Shown here: in pieces, positions 62,261 to 64,000 of the stretch
Position numbering within the stretch: position 1 is the stretch's first letter
Layout of the letters: every line of letters starts with the position of its first letter
Assembly: GCA_013265495.1 (NCBI GenBank)
Contig: MU058796.1
Coordinates: forward strand, 186,001-250,000
Source of the DNA: Vicugna vicugna
Lineage: Eukaryota
Direction of reading: 5' to 3'
DNA length: 64,000 nt
The notes under the pieces: model-generated
Told to the model about the DNA's origin: nothing
What the model saw: the letters and a program-made list of their open reading frames with translations, nothing else
Database searches by the model: none
Made by a program: the position numbers and the translations under genes

Positions 62261-64000
62261 TCAATATCCCACTTAGCTACAGAGCAGGATAGATTGTTCA
62301 GAACAGATGCTTAGCATACTATTTAACTTTCTTATTAGAGCAATAAATATCTTTGGACTTTGGATAATAAATAGACTGTGTTTCATGGCATTCAAACTAC
62401 CATTAGTAGCCACATTTGCTGTTGATTTACTAAAAAGAGAGAGGGGGAGGAAAAAAGAATTCCAGGCAGTTTTGTTTCAAAGAGGCACTTGTGATTTCAG
62501 AGCTTGCTTGCCTTGACCACATGGAAAGGCATGAGCTTTCTACAGTGTGCACTTCCTTCAGCCGTTTCCTTCATTCCACACAGACCCCAGTTAAAATGTT
62601 CCCATTGTGTGCGTCTTTGACTTGAGAGAAAACATTTTTCCATTTTATGTGAGAAGTACGTGGCATTTAGGCCCCTGATGGACCCAAAGAGTTCATTAGC
62701 CTTTCTTCTTTAGTGGCCCAGATTGAAATCTCATCTAATGTTTTCCCATTAGAAATGAGATGGCAAGATATTTTCTGGGAAGTGATTTAGGTATACTAAA
62801 ACAATCTATAAGGATCTATTGATTAGAAGTAGACTTGACTCAAACTTGATTTGTGTGCAGTGAAGTACCTTGGAAGGTGATGTGATTGACAGGCAGTGCA
62901 GAATAGATTTGGGGCTGGAATAGTTAAGATACTGCAGCTCTTTATAAGGTACGTGGACAGAGCTAATCTGCGGAAAAGAAAATTTGAGAAAGAAAAATAA
63001 GGAATTTAAGAGTACTGAAGTACTGCATCCTCTGTGGTTGTAGTAGCATATATAAATTCAAACAAAACCAAAAAAAATTTTTTTGGCATACGGAGAGTTA
63101 TAGGAAAAAAGGAATTCCAGGGTGTTTCCATGAACTTTGAAAATATTCCTATTCCCTCAAATATGTATTGGTTGCCATTAGGTGATCCTAATTCGTTTTG
63201 TTCAATCACATAGTTTTAAAACTACTTACTAGCATGTAATAATGGCATTCTCCATTTAACTGGACTCAAACAAACAAAAAACCTGAATCTGAATGACTTG
63301 CCCATAATCTTGTATTGATCATGGTAGAGTCTAGAAAAGAATAAAATGATGATTTAAGAATTTCACAACTAGAGTAATAAAGATAAAGCATATATTAACA
63401 TAATAAGTCACACCCCAGCCAATTATGAAAATGAAGGAGTCTATTGAAAATTTTATATATTTGTTATGCCTTTTCACACCATAGATATACTTGAATGCAA
63501 GTCATGATGTAAGCAACATTTAAAATAATACGATGTTAGATGTTTCCAGACATATTTTGCCTGAGACAAAGCTGAGACAAATACTTTACTTTTTAATATG
63601 AATAGATTATGATCTGATAGCATTTTATTTATTCTGAAAATAATTCTTGATACTTGTTTGAAGAAATTTCAAACTATTTGTGGTGTTGAAGCAAAGAAAA
63701 AATTCAGTTATATTAATAAATCATAAATTTGAAACAACTAAATTTAAATTAAGTTTCATCTGAGTAGCTTAACTTTTTCCCAAAAGTGGTTAAATAAATC
63801 TCATTGTGTCTGTATATGCAAAATACTTCAAAGGGCAGACATTCCCTTTGGGCAAATTTAAGTTTATAGCATTTAAAAACAACCCAAAGATTGATCTTTT
63901 TAGACATTATCAATGTGGGAATAAGAGTGTCAAGAGTGAAAAATTAAGATAATCAGTTGTGGAATTACCTGTTCTTTTTAAAAAAATCTGGTTATAAATT

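Noticed and set aside
1192..63209. ORF-track entries as stand-alone genes
   Set aside because: All are 132 aa or shorter, many use non-ATG starts, their composition mirrors AT-rich DNA, and the only recognisable peptides are L1 ORF2 remnants

Overview
AT-rich mammalian, non-microbial DNA, most likely camelid: a tRNA-derived SINE at 55884-56036 resembles the Vic-1-type camelid SINE, and two cetartiodactyl-type L1 3' ends are present. I see no complete gene, CpG island, rRNA/tRNA gene or CRISPR array. The listed ORFs are chance ORFs or decayed L1 ORF2 pieces. The window reads like part of a very long intron or gene desert. Repeat-poor, motif-rich blocks (about 1-8300, 14500-21000, 37000-39000, 49000-54500) alternate with L1, L2, MIR, MaLR/ERV1 LTRs and hAT DNA-transposon relics. 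The best signals are (i) two well-formed, frame-preserving + strand microexon candidates (9 nt at 17273, 15 nt at 37741) of an unidentified host gene; (ii) an old L1 with an apparent ~250-bp 3' transduction nested in a hAT-Tip100 element; (iii) a 5'-inverted, internally deleted L1 with a target-site duplication (TSD); (iv) a solo MER41-like ERV1 LTR; and (v) CTCF-like sites, enhancer-like motif clusters and a few hairpins. Repeat family names come from my recollection of consensus sequences, not from a database search, and old-repeat boundaries are approximate.
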